DNA of 63,973 nucleotides, filler included, from a bacterium (GCA_026985515.1; 9 parts of 9 records of this genome joined end to end with filler, not necessarily neighbours in it), one strand, 5' to 3'. Counted from the first letter of the whole stretch, positions 31,515-42,280 are shown. The notes: generated by a model not told the origin, from the sequence alone. Translations and numbers: made by a program.

Positions 31515-33023
31515 TTAGCACATCTCTTTTCCCTCTGGCAATTTTATTTGAAACCTGGTTCCAATTTCTGGAGAGGATTCAACCTCTATTTTCCCTCCCA
31601 TCTGTTCAATTATCATTGATGATACATAGAGGCCAAGACCCGTTCCCTTCCCTGGCTCTTTGGTGGTGAAGAAAGGGAGGAATATTTTTTTAAGGTTCTT
31701 CTCCTCTATGCCGATTCCGTTGTCCTCAATCTGCACCGTGATGATTTCTTCACTTTTTTTAAGTTCAACCCTGATGTATCCTCCCTCATTCTTCCCGAAT
31801 TTTTCCCTTATGGCATCGGAGGCATTTACCAGAAGATTAAGGATTACCTGAAGAAGTTTTTCCTCCTCTGCGCAGATTTCATAATCCTCTCCCCTCACCT
31901 CCACACTGATTCTTTTGAGTTTTCCCTGAATATTCAGCAGATCCAGAGCCCTGTTTATCAGATTTTTCAATCTAACCTTTCTGTATTCTTCCCGTCTGGG
32001 TCTTGAGAAGTCAAGGAGTGTTCTTATCAGATTGTCAATTCTCTTTCCTTCACTGAGTATTCTCCTGAGTATATCCTTTTCCTCATCTGAAATGTCTGGT
32101 GACTGAAGAAGTATCTGTGTCAGCCCGATTATTGAGGTTATTGGATTGCCAATTTCATGGGCAAGACCGGAGGTCATCTGCCCGATGAGGGCGAGTTTCT
32201 CATTTTTTATTATTTCCTCCTGCATCTCCTTTAATTTCCTGTAGGCTTCGTTCAGTTCCCTCACCTGGTTGATTATGGTATTTCTGTCTTCTTCAATTTT
32301 TTTTGACATGGAAAACATGGACTCTGCCAGAAAACCCAGTTCATCGCTGGAGTGAAAGGGTTTTTTCTTCAGAAAGTCCCCTCTGGCAATCTTTTCAGAT
32401 GACTCAATTAATTTTCCAATTGGTGAAATAACCTTCCTCTCCGTGATCCAGAGGAGAACCACAATTATAACAATTGAGGTGGCGAAGATGTATAGAAAGA
32501 GCAACCTGAAGATTCTCTTTGCGACCCCATTGAACCAGGAGAGATCAAACCTCATTATGATCTGTATATTTCTCCTGCTTCGCATAAATATGTCGACCCA
32601 GTGATACTCTGAAACGGTGAGAATTCGTTTTTTCAGGTTTAGAAAAACTTTTTTTTCCTTTTTTGAGGAGAGAAAGGCTGCAATTTCATCTCCGGTACCT
32701 GAAATATTTCCCGTTTTTACGACGGGCTCCCAGCTGTAGAGAATTTCCATTCCCAGGAGAATCCCCTTTTTCCTCAGGGGATCAGAGAGCCATCTGGTGA
32801 GGGTTTCTATATCAGGGGTTTTTCTGGAGGAGATGATTGTTTTTTCTGCATAGCTTTTTGTTATTTCTGAGAATAGTTCAAAATTTTTAATCTGTTCTTT
32901 GAGAACTTCAGTTTCAACTATCTTTACAACACTCCAGCTGAGAAGGAAGACCAGAGTGAGAAAGAGGAAGAGATACCAGATAATAAGACTGAGAGAAAGG
33001 GAGTGAACCCATCTAAGTTTCAT
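31515..33023 (-). CDS. HAMP-domain sensor histidine kinase (NtrB-type)
   Basis: Two TMs, [43 protein letters not shown]. Confidence 0.93.
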   Translation of the reverse strand: MKLRWVHSLSLSLIIWYLFLFLTLVFLLSWSVVKIVETEVLKEQIKNFELFSEITKSYAEKTIISSRKTPDIETLTRWLSDPLRKKGILLGMEILYSWEPVVKTGNISGTGDEIAAFLSSKKEKKVFLNLKKRILTVSEYHWVDIFMRSRRNIQIIMRFDLSWFNGVAKRIFRLLFLYIFATSIVIIVVLLWITERKVISPIGKLIESSEKIARGDFLKKKPFHSSDELGFLAESMFSMSKKIEEDRNTIINQVRELNEAYRKLKEMQEEIIKNEKLALIGQMTSGLAHEIGNPITSIIGLTQILLQSPDISDEEKDILRRILSEGKRIDNLIRTLLDFSRPRREEYRKVRLKNLINRALDLLNIQGKLKRISVEVRGEDYEICAEEEKLLQVILNLLVNASDAIREKFGKNEGGYIRVELKKSEEIITVQIEDNGIGIEEKNLKKIFLPFFTTKEPGKGTGLGLYVSSMIIEQMGGKIEVESSPEIGTRFQIKLPEGKEMC

Positions 33024-33029
33024 ACAATA

Positions 33030-33848
33030 TTAGAATAGCAACAAATGGACCAGTTTGTCCACACCAATCAGATATGTGAGAAACGCCCCCCCGGCAATGA
33101 AGGGACCAAAGGGGATATATCTGACCTCCTGAAGCTCCTCCTCTTCCACCCTTTTCCCTGTTTTTATGGTCAGTGGATATCCTATAACGATCCCCAGAAA
33201 TGAACCAATTATCAGTGTGAAGAGGATGCCATACAGGCCAAGGAAAACCCCGGTGGCGGTGAGTATTTTTATGTCTCCACCTCCCAGTGCGGGGTAATCG
33301 ATTTTTTTTACTTTTTCATATACAAAGGAGATAAGCAGAGGAATTCCTCCTCCGATCAGTGCCCCGGCGATACCCTGTATGGGGGAGGTTTTTAAGAGAT
33401 GGAGAAAGAGGAGGATCAGACCCACACCAAGAAGAGGAAGTGATAGTTCATCTGGTATGGTGTAGGTATCCCAGTCAATTGCAGATATGACGAGGAGACA
33501 GCCGAAAAAGAAAAAGTATATAAAAAACTCAGGAACAGTTTCTGATTTGAGAGCGATTAGTATGGAGATAATTCCTGTCACGAATTCCACAATCGGGTAT
33601 CTCATGGATATCTTTGCACCACAGTATCTGCATTTGCCTTTGAGGAGAATATAGCTCACCAGAGGGATATTGTCGTACCATTTCAGTCTGTGCCCGCAGA
33701 CGGGACAGTGGCTTGGAGGGTAAATAATAGATTCTTTTCGTGGAATTCGGTATATGCATACATTGAAGAAACTTCCCCACACAAGGCCCCAGATAAATGC
33801 AGAGAGAAGTATGAACCACTCTGGAATATGAAGGATAAGTTCTTTCAT
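33030..33848 (-). CDS. pilD: Prepilin peptidase PilD
   Basis: GSFFNVCIYRIP, SHCPVC..WYDNIP..GKCRYC, IDWDT..IPD, GGGDIK, IPFGPFI. Confidence 0.95.
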   Translation of the reverse strand: MKELILHIPEWFILLSAFIWGLVWGSFFNVCIYRIPRKESIIYPPSHCPVCGHRLKWYDNIPLVSYILLKGKCRYCGAKISMRYPIVEFVTGIISILIALKSETVPEFFIYFFFFGCLLVISAIDWDTYTIPDELSLPLLGVGLILLFLHLLKTSPIQGIAGALIGGGIPLLISFVYEKVKKIDYPALGGGDIKILTATGVFLGLYGILFTLIIGSFLGIVIGYPLTIKTGKRVEEEELQEVRYIPFGPFIAGGAFLTYLIGVDKLVHLLLF

Positions 33849-34021
33849 CGCAACATTCTTATTATCAGAAAGGAGATTACTGCAAAAATAAGTCCACTGA
33901 TTCCTATTATGAGCCCGGTAATCCTCTGATATTTGGGTTTCACATAGAAAAATACGAAAAAACCCAGCAGAGAGGAAAACAAACCGAGAATTATGTAAAA
34001 GTAGTAAAGTGATAAATTCAT
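33845..34021 (-). CDS. Small two-TM membrane protein (58 aa); not in ORF track
   Basis: MNLSLYYFYIILGLFSSLLGFFVFFYVKPKYQRITGLIIGISGLIFAVISFLIIRMLR; ATGA overlaps with both neighbours. Confidence 0.7.
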   Translation of the reverse strand: MNLSLYYFYIILGLFSSLLGFFVFFYVKPKYQRITGLIIGISGLIFAVISFLIIRMLR

Positions 34022-34977
34022 TTTGGTTTCAGATCCCTGTTATATTCCATGTCAAACCACATTGCAAAGAGGAGAAACTGGATGCCGGAGATCGTTAGGA
34101 ACATGGCAAACAGTGCACTTGTTGGTGCCACACCATGACCCATCAATCGTATGATGAAGAGGTAAAGTCCAAAAATCAGGCCCGGAATGGTCAGAACTAC
34201 ACCTGCAGTGTAAAAGAATACGAGAGGATGAAAGTCCCTGATTACATACTTTTCCCACATTCTCCTGAAAAAACCTCTGAGAAGAAGCATGGAGATGGGG
34301 AGAATCACTTTAGGAATCTTCATCTTGGATTTCTCCCCCACATTGTAAAGGGGATTGACTGGCACATCCATAACCCTCATGTTGACAATGTTCAGTTTTA
34401 TGAGAATGTCGTTGGGTACTCCATACCTTTTGTAAATCGTGTCCCAGTCAATTGCAAGGAGGGCCCTTCTGTTAATGACGGTGTAACCTGTCTGGGAATC
34501 TGCAATGTGCCAGTATCCTGATGCGATTTTGGTAAGAAGTGAGAGGAAGGCGTTTCCAAGGTACCTTACCTTTGGAATTTTCTTCCATGCCTCACCGGTG
34601 AAAAGTCTGTTGCCTTTGACATAGTCAGCCCTGTCTTCAACAATGGGGTCAAGAAGTGAGGGAAGGTCAGCCGGGTCCATCTGTCCATCCCCAGCCATTA
34701 CAGCCACAGCATCAAGTTCAAGTTCAATGGCTTTTTTGTATCCTGTTGCTATTGCTCCTCCAACCCCCTGATTTTTATCATGTCTTATGAGTATCACCCT
34801 TTCATCTCTGTGATCGGAAATATATTTTTTAACCACTTCAGCCGTACCGTCGCTGCTCGCATCATCAACGACGATGATGGTATCAACAAAATCGGGTATC
34901 CCTTCAAGCACCCTGTATATCTGCTTTTCCTCATTATAGGCGGGAACGACCACTCCCGTTCTTTTTCCCCTGTACAT
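34018..34977 (-). CDS. GT2 glycosyltransferase, polyprenyl-phosphate sugar synthase type (DPM1/GtrB-like) with two C-terminal TMs
   Basis: VVVPAYNEE, VDDASSDGT, NQGVGGA, MAGDGQMDP, KGNR, DSQTGY. Confidence 0.88.
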   Translation of the reverse strand: MYRGKRTGVVVPAYNEEKQIYRVLEGIPDFVDTIIVVDDASSDGTAEVVKKYISDHRDERVILIRHDKNQGVGGAIATGYKKAIELELDAVAVMAGDGQMDPADLPSLLDPIVEDRADYVKGNRLFTGEAWKKIPKVRYLGNAFLSLLTKIASGYWHIADSQTGYTVINRRALLAIDWDTIYKRYGVPNDILIKLNIVNMRVMDVPVNPLYNVGEKSKMKIPKVILPISMLLLRGFFRRMWEKYVIRDFHPLVFFYTAGVVLTIPGLIFGLYLFIIRLMGHGVAPTSALFAMFLTISGIQFLLFAMWFDMEYNRDLKPK

Positions 34978-34979
34978 TT

Positions 34980-35753
34980 TCAGTAAAACTCCTTCTTTTC
35001 AAAGATCAGAGTTGAGATGGTGAGGAGAAAAAGAATATATGCCACTGCGTAGAAAATAGAATTGATAACATAACCCTCTGGTAAGGTAAGATTGTGTACC
35101 ACTTCGTTTTTTATATTCAGATTGTGGAAGTTGGGGAGAATATTGTAGAAAAAGAGGATTGTAAACTTTAAAACAGGCGAACTGGCCATTTTCATTGTGA
35201 GAAGAGATTTTAATTCCTCCAGTGAATTGCCAATCAAATAAAGTGTGGTTGTGAAGAGTCCGCTTAAAATGGGAGAAGAAAAAGTGGAGAAGAAGATGGA
35301 GATTGCTATGGTCAGGGAAATTTCCATAAAGATGAAAAAGGCTCCCACAAAGAGGAGAGAAGTTATTTTCCCCTTAACAATTACTATGAAGATAACCACG
35401 AAAACAAGCATTAAAACTTCCTGAACAAAGAGTGTGAGAGAAAGTCCAAGAAATTTCCCGAGGATAAACTGCCACCTTTTAACAGGTTTTGGTATGACTG
35501 TGAATATGGTTTTTCTCTGAATTTCGTTGTAGATCATCCCTGTTCCTATGATAATTGCCATTGCCACGCCGAGCAACTCTATTCCACTGAATCCAAAATC
35601 AATGACAAATCTCCTGGTTTCCCCCATAGTAAAACTTCCCAGAATTGTGGAAATACCGAGCAGGATCAGAAGGAAAAATAGGACGGTGTAGAGAATCCTG
35701 TTTCTTATGGCTTCTCTGTAGGTGTTAACTGCCACCACGTATATCTTTTTCAT
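34980..35753 (-). CDS. ABC-2 type permease (PilI-like)
   Basis: [46 protein letters not shown]; pilGHI-pilD order. Confidence 0.85.
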   Translation of the reverse strand: MKKIYVVAVNTYREAIRNRILYTVLFFLLILLGISTILGSFTMGETRRFVIDFGFSGIELLGVAMAIIIGTGMIYNEIQRKTIFTVIPKPVKRWQFILGKFLGLSLTLFVQEVLMLVFVVIFIVIVKGKITSLLFVGAFFIFMEISLTIAISIFFSTFSSPILSGLFTTTLYLIGNSLEELKSLLTMKMASSPVLKFTILFFYNILPNFHNLNIKNEVVHNLTLPEGYVINSIFYAVAYILFLLTISTLIFEKKEFY

Positions 35754-36666
35754 ACTTTCTGTACTCCTCCATGAATAGATCCTCCAGCATGACTCTTCTT
35801 GGTATAAAAGAGAGGATTTCCAGTTGTTCATTAACAGCTTCTTTCAGAAGCTTCTGGGCTTCTCCGAAGTCCTTCAGGGTAACTATGATTGAACTCCCCG
35901 AAGGTGAATATTCAAGCCCCTTGTTTTTCACCCACTCCTTTGCATTTGCCGTCAGTTCAATTTCATATCCTGTGGATCTTTTAACCAGCAGTTCCTCGAT
36001 GCTGCCTGTTTCCACTATCCTGCCCCGAATCAGAATTGCCACCCTGTCGCAGATCATCTCCACATCTGAAAGGATATGTGAGGAAAAAATTATTGTCTTA
36101 CCCTTTTCCTTCAGGGAGAGAATTATGTTTTTAAGTTCCTTCCTCCCCACGGGATCAAGGCCTGTCATTGGTTCGTCAAGTATCAGAATTTCCGGGTCAT
36201 TTATCAGAGCCTGAGCCATTCCAACTCTCTGCAACATACCCTTTGAAAATTTCCCTATCCTCGTATCCTTCCATTTAGTCAGAGAAAGAAGATCAAGTAG
36301 ATATTCGATTCTATCATGAAGTTTTTTTCTCTCTATGTTGAAAAGCCCCCCGTAGAATTGAAGAAGCTCAACAGGTGTGAGGTATGTATAAAAGTAGGGA
36401 TTTTCAGGGAGAAATCCAATGGAGTTTTTTGCCTCCAGGTCATCGGGACTTTTATCTAAAATTTTCACCTCTCCCCCGCCAGGAAAGATGAGACCGGTAA
36501 GTATCTTAAAGGTTGTTGTTTTCCCCGCTCCATTGTGGCCAAGCAGACCAAATGTTTCACCCTTCTTCACAGAAAATGAAATACCCCTCAGGGCAGTTAT
36601 CCTTTTCCTGATAATGTGGCCCGTGGGATAAGATTTTCTCAAATCTTTTATTTCAATGGCATTCAT
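35725..36666 (-). CDS. ABC transporter ATP-binding protein (PilH-like)
   Basis: [34 protein letters not shown]. Confidence 0.92.
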   Translation of the reverse strand: MNAIEIKDLRKSYPTGHIIRKRITALRGISFSVKKGETFGLLGHNGAGKTTTFKILTGLIFPGGGEVKILDKSPDDLEAKNSIGFLPENPYFYTYLTPVELLQFYGGLFNIERKKLHDRIEYLLDLLSLTKWKDTRIGKFSKGMLQRVGMAQALINDPEILILDEPMTGLDPVGRKELKNIILSLKEKGKTIIFSSHILSDVEMICDRVAILIRGRIVETGSIEELLVKRSTGYEIELTANAKEWVKNKGLEYSPSGSSIIVTLKDFGEAQKLLKEAVNEQLEILSFIPRRVMLEDLFMEEYRKYEKDIRGGS

Positions 36667-37514
36667 CTTTTCAGGTATATTTTGATCCTTTTGTTATACA
36701 CAGTGCTTCTGACCTCACCATCTTGTGTGAGATAGTATTTGCCTCCGAAAGGTTCCGGAGGTATCTCTCTCAGGTACCCCTTTTGCACAAGTTCATTCAG
36801 TGATTCTGGTAATCTCCCCTCCCTTTTCCTGAATCTACTGACGGCATCCTCAAGGATTCTGAAATTTCTTTCAGCAATTATCATTTTGATTCTTCTGAGG
36901 ATTTTCCTCTTTGTTTCTTCATTTCTCGTGTTTTTATAGACCTCCCAGAGAATTTTAAGGGCTGTATCTGCATCATTTTCCTTTGCCAGCAGTTTGCCTG
37001 CAAGACTCACGACAAAGAGTGGTCTTCCCGGTTTTGTGGCTGCTTCTTTGAAGTAAAAGGCGGCCTTTCTGTAATTTTCTTTGAAGTAGAGATAGATAAA
37101 ACCTGTTATGAACCAGAGATACCAGTTATCAGGAAGGTATCTCAACCCCTTCTGGAGAATTTTTATTGCGCTGTCAGTATCGTGTGCCTCCCAGGGAAGT
37201 ATTGTCCCCGCAAAGCGGTAGGGATAGAAAAATCTGGGATCAAGGGATGTGACTGCGTTGAGTAGAGAGACAAGATATTTGAAATTTCTATCACTTTTCA
37301 GATGCTCTCCGGTGTAAACGAGGGTCTTCATCCAGATAATATCAGCAAGAACATTGTTGTAACCAAATGATATCAGCTGGGCATATTTATCAATGGGGAG
37401 GTAGAAGAAATCCTCAACTTCTCTTCTTTCCATTCTGTGAATCCTGCCATTCAGGTAACAAGCTGCTCCAAGCAGCAGGATAGCTATTGAAGTGACAATC
37501 CACCTTCTCTTCAT
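36663..37514 (-). CDS. PilG-like TPR protein of the myxobacterial/Geobacter pil locus
   Basis: ADIIW..Y.G, LDPRFFYPY, KG..PDNW, AA..PGRP, C-terminal LVQKGYLREIPPEPFGGKY. Confidence 0.72.
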   Translation of the reverse strand: MKRRWIVTSIAILLLGAACYLNGRIHRMERREVEDFFYLPIDKYAQLISFGYNNVLADIIWMKTLVYTGEHLKSDRNFKYLVSLLNAVTSLDPRFFYPYRFAGTILPWEAHDTDSAIKILQKGLRYLPDNWYLWFITGFIYLYFKENYRKAAFYFKEAATKPGRPLFVVSLAGKLLAKENDADTALKILWEVYKNTRNEETKRKILRRIKMIIAERNFRILEDAVSRFRKREGRLPESLNELVQKGYLREIPPEPFGGKYYLTQDGEVRSTVYNKRIKIYLKR

Positions 37515-39064
37515 CTGATCTTTACAACCTCTACCACTTCATCATTGTATAATATAGTTGCTTTTGATGCAAAGAGGTTTTTAAAGGATTCCACATCCTT
37601 CCTGGTGAAGTTTATTGATATAAAGCGTGACAGGAGAGTTTTGTTGATGGCGAGGCAATCAACTCCAAATTTTTTAAATGGATAAAATGAGTTTTCCCTC
37701 ACTGCTGTGAGCAACCAGTTACCCTCAATATTTGTGGAAGGCTCAAACATGAAGGGTCTGTTAATGTAGTAACCTCTTCTACCTGTAAAGTAGAGGAAAA
37801 TTTTTTTACATGGTGACCTGTTAATAAAATCATACATGTTTTTATATGGAAGATGCCTCCTCTTCCACTTTTCTTCTGACATTCTGCCAGTTAAAAAGGG
37901 TAAAATTTCAACACTTGAAGTGTGGGAGATAAAGTAGTTTGCTGGTTGAATAAGCGTGACTAAGAGAAGAATGGATGCAATTAACCTGTTTCTTTCTGAG
38001 AGCTTGCTGAGACCTTCCACTGTCAGTATGAGAAGAAAAGGTACGGCAGGCAGAAAATATCTTGCACGAAGTGGTTGAGTAAAAAATACGGTCAGGATGA
38101 AGAGAATTGCAATGGCAATGAAACCCCTGTTCCACTTATCTCTGTAGCTGGCGAAAATGGGGAAAATGATCAGATAGGGGGCAAGGGATCCGTCAAAGAG
38201 GGCGGGAACTCCATCCTTTCCATAGAAGAACACCCTTACCGGTGCAAGAAGTATCTGAAGGGTGGATTCGTGATAGACAAGTTTTCTAAGGGTGAGAGGA
38301 TCGATGTAGGTTGTGAATTTAACAGGTGTGGGATTGAAGTGGTGTACCTCCCTTATCTTTAAAAGGCCCGGTAAAAGGGGAAAGAGTGGATTTCCAGTAT
38401 CCACATAATTCCACCAAAGCCAGAATCCATTCAGGAGAATAAGAAAAGAGATCGTTATTGAGGTAAAAATAATTCTGCTCCTGGCATCGGGGAGGAAGAG
38501 AAGAAGGATAAGAAACGAAAAGAGGAGAAGGGGAATGGCAGTATACTTCGTTCCAAATGCAAGGGAGAAGAACAGGGAGGCAGTTATCAGATGGAAAATC
38601 TTTTCAGAAATAAGATATTTTCTTGTGTGAAATACTCCTGCTGCTACAAAGGCGGAGACCCATATATCCACATAGGAAGAGGAGATTATCTGACCCACCA
38701 CAGGTATAAAAAGAAAGAGGAAAATAAGCATGTACCGATCCTGTCGTCTGTTAAGAAAGGTGAAAATTTTCAGATACGCAGAGAGATAGAAGAGAAGGAG
38801 AGTTGAAGCAATTATACCAGAGAAATGTGCCAGAACGAAGTTGTGAGGACCGATGAGATAGTAGAGAATGAAAAAGATGGGTGGAAAGTGGGATGGGGTG
38901 AACCAGTAAAAAGGTGTGATTTTACCCGTTAACTTCCACAGGTGCGGAAGACTAAGAGTGTAGAAGAGCTCATCTTTTAAATAGGGTGGGAGAAAGGCCA
39001 TGGAAATATATGTTATGGCAAGAATAATTATGACGAAGAGCAAGAGAAATCTGAGAGTCTTCAT
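37511..39064 (-). CDS. Polytopic GT-C-type glycosyltransferase (PMT_2/ArnT-like)
   Basis: About 11-13 TMs; DE in first loop (KDELFYTL..P), SSYVD, GTKY, TGNPLFP, RYFLP. Confidence 0.7.
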   Translation of the reverse strand: MKTLRFLLLFVIIILAITYISMAFLPPYLKDELFYTLSLPHLWKLTGKITPFYWFTPSHFPPIFFILYYLIGPHNFVLAHFSGIIASTLLLFYLSAYLKIFTFLNRRQDRYMLIFLFLFIPVVGQIISSSYVDIWVSAFVAAGVFHTRKYLISEKIFHLITASLFFSLAFGTKYTAIPLLLFSFLILLLFLPDARSRIIFTSITISFLILLNGFWLWWNYVDTGNPLFPLLPGLLKIREVHHFNPTPVKFTTYIDPLTLRKLVYHESTLQILLAPVRVFFYGKDGVPALFDGSLAPYLIIFPIFASYRDKWNRGFIAIAILFILTVFFTQPLRARYFLPAVPFLLILTVEGLSKLSERNRLIASILLLVTLIQPANYFISHTSSVEILPFLTGRMSEEKWKRRHLPYKNMYDFINRSPCKKIFLYFTGRRGYYINRPFMFEPSTNIEGNWLLTAVRENSFYPFKKFGVDCLAINKTLLSRFISINFTRKDVESFKNLFASKATILYNDEVVEVVKIR

Positions 39065-39246
39065 TTTTTCCAGAAGTCGGGAACGGTGAGGAGAATTGTA
39101 TTGAAGATCAGAACGATGACAAAGAGCAGTAATTCAAGGCCCCCGAAAATAATATCTTTCTCCTCTCTGATTTTCATAAATCCTATGTATCCGGCCCAGA
39201 TAGCCAGAATCAGATCTATCACAGCTTCAATATGGATATGATCCAT
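39061..39246 (-). CDS. Small two-TM membrane protein
   Basis: 61-aa hydrophobic ORF; ATGA coupling to the downstream GT-C. Confidence 0.55.
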   Translation of the reverse strand: MDHIHIEAVIDLILAIWAGYIGFMKIREEKDIIFGGLELLLFVIVLIFNTILLTVPDFWKK

Positions 39247-39815
39247 ATCATGTACCCCAGAACGAAGGTTACAAAACTTATTTTTGCTTTAACTTTGTCT
39301 TTTGTAAGAATCATGAAAATAACACTTCCAGTCCATGTGAATAATCCAATCAGCAGGAAAATTGATGCTACCAGATCGGGATCTTTAATATTGTCTCTCT
39401 CAAGTGCACGAGGATCATCGTAGAGTTTTGCTATGTGTTTATTTATGGTTTTAAGTTCACCTTTAAAAGGTATGTAGAAGGATCTGTTTACCATGATACA
39501 ACCCTTTGCAGCTAACCAGGCGTATTTTGCAAGCTTTGTTTTACCCTTATTTTCGTACAGATTTCCCAGAAATTCAAGTTTCTTCAAGCTCTTTTTGTAG
39601 TATGGGGAAAGTGGAAAGTACAGGTGGCAGGCCTTCTCATATGTCATGATGAGTTTGTAGTTATCCCAGAAGTAGAGTTTCTTTAAAGAAGCTTCCTCAA
39701 GTTGAAGGGCATTGTGGTAAAGAGTTGCTGACTGCAGGTACAACCTCCCCACCAGAATAATGGTTGCAATTGCCACCGTCAGAACAATTTTCTGTGCTAT
39801 TTTTCCTCCTGACAT
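39219..39815 (-). CDS. Hypothetical membrane protein (N-terminal TM, TPR-like helix pair, two C-terminal TMs)
   Basis: Co-oriented in the pil operon; YFPLSPY, RSFYIP motifs. Confidence 0.7.
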   Translation of the reverse strand: MSGGKIAQKIVLTVAIATIILVGRLYLQSATLYHNALQLEEASLKKLYFWDNYKLIMTYEKACHLYFPLSPYYKKSLKKLEFLGNLYENKGKTKLAKYAWLAAKGCIMVNRSFYIPFKGELKTINKHIAKLYDDPRALERDNIKDPDLVASIFLLIGLFTWTGSVIFMILTKDKVKAKISFVTFVLGYMIWIISILKL

Positions 39816-41854
39816 TTGCTATCCTTTTTCTCAACACATTTAAGAAAACGGTTTGAATCTATTATCACATCCTGAGAAACTGCCTTTTCTCTTGCCAGCA
39901 GAAGGTATTTTTTTGCCTCTTCAAATTTTCCAAGTTTTGTCAGGGTCTTACCCATAAAAAGGAGATAGTAGGAATCAGATGCATCCATACCGGACACTAT
40001 GGTAATTCTGTTAAAGTAACGATACGCTTCGGTGTATTTGCCTTCTTTGTATTTGAGAAGCCCAAGATTGAGGAATGCATTTGGATCCGGAAGGGCCTTT
40101 TTCATATACTCTTCGCCTTTTTTATATTCACCGGCAATGAAGTAGGCAATTCCAAGGTTTATGTTAAAGGTTTTTTCCGGGAAATCCTGAGGATACCATT
40201 TCTTCAAAATTTTTAAAATTTCAATCATCAGATGGGGTCTCCCATTCTTTGCCAGAAAAACTCCTATTCCATCAAGTGTTGAGCCAATGAAGGGACTCTC
40301 ATCTGGATAGAGAGAGAGGCCATTTGATGCATCTATCTCCATGTAGTTTATTACCCTCTTTGTGTATTCAGTAAATTCAGTTACCACAGTGGCAAAGTTT
40401 ATATTTTTTGCATATCTCTGAAAGCATTTCTCACCCGGTAACAGCGGGCAGCAGGACAGCAGAACAGGATGCACTGCGTCTGATATTTCAATATATACAG
40501 GGAGTCTCCCACTGTATTTTTTTACAAATTCCGTCATGGTTCTGTAGTCGTCAATGTACACAGAATAGTCAGCTATTTCAGGAAATCTCTTTTTATCAAT
40601 GGGAGAAAAGAAATCCCTCATAAAAATCATTCCGGGTGAAAATATTTCAAGATCATCTCGTGTTCTTTCAATATCCTGAAGATCCCTCATAACGAACCAT
40701 GATGCATCGCTTATCATGACAGAATTTTTTGGTGTGTAGATGAAGTCCGGCAGGTAAAAGCTTCTTGCTACCCAGTAGTTGTACTTGTTTGTTCTGGGAA
40801 ATGAGAGGAGTGCCTCTGTAAATAGACCCAGAACTATAGCAATTGCCACGATTCTTTTACCATGTTCTTCGAAAGTTTCAATGATCCTCTTACTGCCATA
40901 TCCTGCAGCGATAACAAAAATTGCGTGTGAAGGGAGAAGGGGGGTACCGATTTTCCAGGAAATAAAAAAGAGTATGTTAAAAATTGCGAGAAGAATAAAA
41001 AAGGAAAAAAGAGGTAAATTTTCCACAGCCAGAAAATAGAATCCTGCCAGAGAGAGAAGAGGAACAACCGGAGAAAAATCAATGTTGATATTTTTGATGA
41101 AAATTTTAATGTACTTAATCAGCTCAGCCGTGGATGCTGAGAGGATCCCCACTCTGTCTCCCTTATCTTTTGCATCTGTGAGCTGATAGATCATTCCGGT
41201 CAGTGTCTGGGGATTACCCCAGTTAAACTGTGGCCACTGGTGTGCTCTCAGTGGAAGAAAAACGTATGTCGAAAACCCGAGAAAAAATAGAGCTGTGACA
41301 GCAGGAATAAGTCTCCATCGAAGTTTTGCCGGAGTGTAGTAGAAATATGCAAATGCGAGGGCGGGAAGGAAAAGAGCCACCGTCGCATGAACTCCACTGC
41401 TAAGTCCATATATGAAGCTCCCAAGCAGAATGTACTTCTTTTCCCGTGTTCTGGTGAAGCGGATAACGATGTAGAGCAGAAGCAGGAAGAAAAAAGAGTT
41501 CATTGTGTAAACTTCTGCTACTGTGGCGTTGTGCCAGAGGGGATAGGAGAAGGCAAAAAAGAGGGAGAGAAAAATCGAAAGAATTTTTCCTGTATCGAGT
41601 TCAAGGAGTATGCGATACAGCATGTAAGTGGCGAGAGATGCGAAAAATGCGGAGACTAAATTTCCCCTCAGGTAAAGGTTACCCAGGGGTAAAAGTGAAA
41701 ACACTTTCCCGAGCTCAACATAGGTGGGCGAACCTGCCGGGTGGGAAATCCCCAGAGTTTGAATGAGATCCTGAAATTCTGGCGTATCTCGCCAGAAAAT
41801 TGTGGGCGAAACAGTGAAAATATATACAAAAAAAGAGGCAAGAAAGACAACCAT
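39797..41854 (-). CDS. DUF2723 (TMEM260-like) GT-C membrane protein with C-terminal TPRs
   Basis: PTIFWRDTPEF..LGISHPAGSPTY, ATVAEVY, YVFLPLRA..NWGNP; multi-TM plus TPRs. Confidence 0.82.
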   Translation of the reverse strand: MVVFLASFFVYIFTVSPTIFWRDTPEFQDLIQTLGISHPAGSPTYVELGKVFSLLPLGNLYLRGNLVSAFFASLATYMLYRILLELDTGKILSIFLSLFFAFSYPLWHNATVAEVYTMNSFFFLLLLYIVIRFTRTREKKYILLGSFIYGLSSGVHATVALFLPALAFAYFYYTPAKLRWRLIPAVTALFFLGFSTYVFLPLRAHQWPQFNWGNPQTLTGMIYQLTDAKDKGDRVGILSASTAELIKYIKIFIKNINIDFSPVVPLLSLAGFYFLAVENLPLFSFFILLAIFNILFFISWKIGTPLLPSHAIFVIAAGYGSKRIIETFEEHGKRIVAIAIVLGLFTEALLSFPRTNKYNYWVARSFYLPDFIYTPKNSVMISDASWFVMRDLQDIERTRDDLEIFSPGMIFMRDFFSPIDKKRFPEIADYSVYIDDYRTMTEFVKKYSGRLPVYIEISDAVHPVLLSCCPLLPGEKCFQRYAKNINFATVVTEFTEYTKRVINYMEIDASNGLSLYPDESPFIGSTLDGIGVFLAKNGRPHLMIEILKILKKWYPQDFPEKTFNINLGIAYFIAGEYKKGEEYMKKALPDPNAFLNLGLLKYKEGKYTEAYRYFNRITIVSGMDASDSYYLLFMGKTLTKLGKFEEAKKYLLLAREKAVSQDVIIDSNRFLKCVEKKDSKCQEEK

Positions 41855-41865
41855 CTCTGGATAGG

Positions 41866-41898
41866 AAAAAAGAGGGGGATCGCTCCCCCACTTTTCTC
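41866..41898 (-). terminator. Terminator/attenuator after pilA
   Basis: Minus strand AAAAGTGGGGGA-GCGA-TCCCCCTCTTTTTT immediately after the pilA stop. Confidence 0.7.
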
Positions 41899-41899
41899 A

Positions 41900-42280
41900 T
41901 TACTTGACTGTGATCTTACCGGTTGAGGAATTGTAAACAAAGCTCTTAGTACCGAGCTTGTGATATGCAATTCCGGACCAGGTCTGTCCACCTGTATCAG
42001 CTGTTGCGTTGATGGTTACATTCTTTGAGCACTTGGCACCCAGGTCTGTTCTGTTTGGAGTTCCACCCAGTGTACAGGAGAAGTCAACATACACCTGGTT
42101 GTCTGCATAGTAGGCTTCCTCAGCACTTACCAGGTTCCTCAGGTCGCTCTTGGCTGTGGAGTCGTAGGCTTTCTTTCTGTAGGATGAGAACTGAGGGATG
42201 GCTATTGCTGCCAGAATACCAATGATTGCAACAACCACGAGTAACTCAACCAGCGTGAAACCTTTTGCACCCTTCTTCAT
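41900..42280 (-). CDS. pilA: Type IVa major pilin
   Basis: KG|FTLVELLVVVAIIGILAAIAIPQF; strong SD AGGAGGT; sigma54 promoter. Confidence 0.93.
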   Translation of the reverse strand: MKKGAKGFTLVELLVVVAIIGILAAIAIPQFSSYRKKAYDSTAKSDLRNLVSAEEAYYADNQVYVDFSCTLGGTPNRTDLGAKCSKNVTINATADTGGQTWSGIAYHKLGTKSFVYNSSTGKITVK

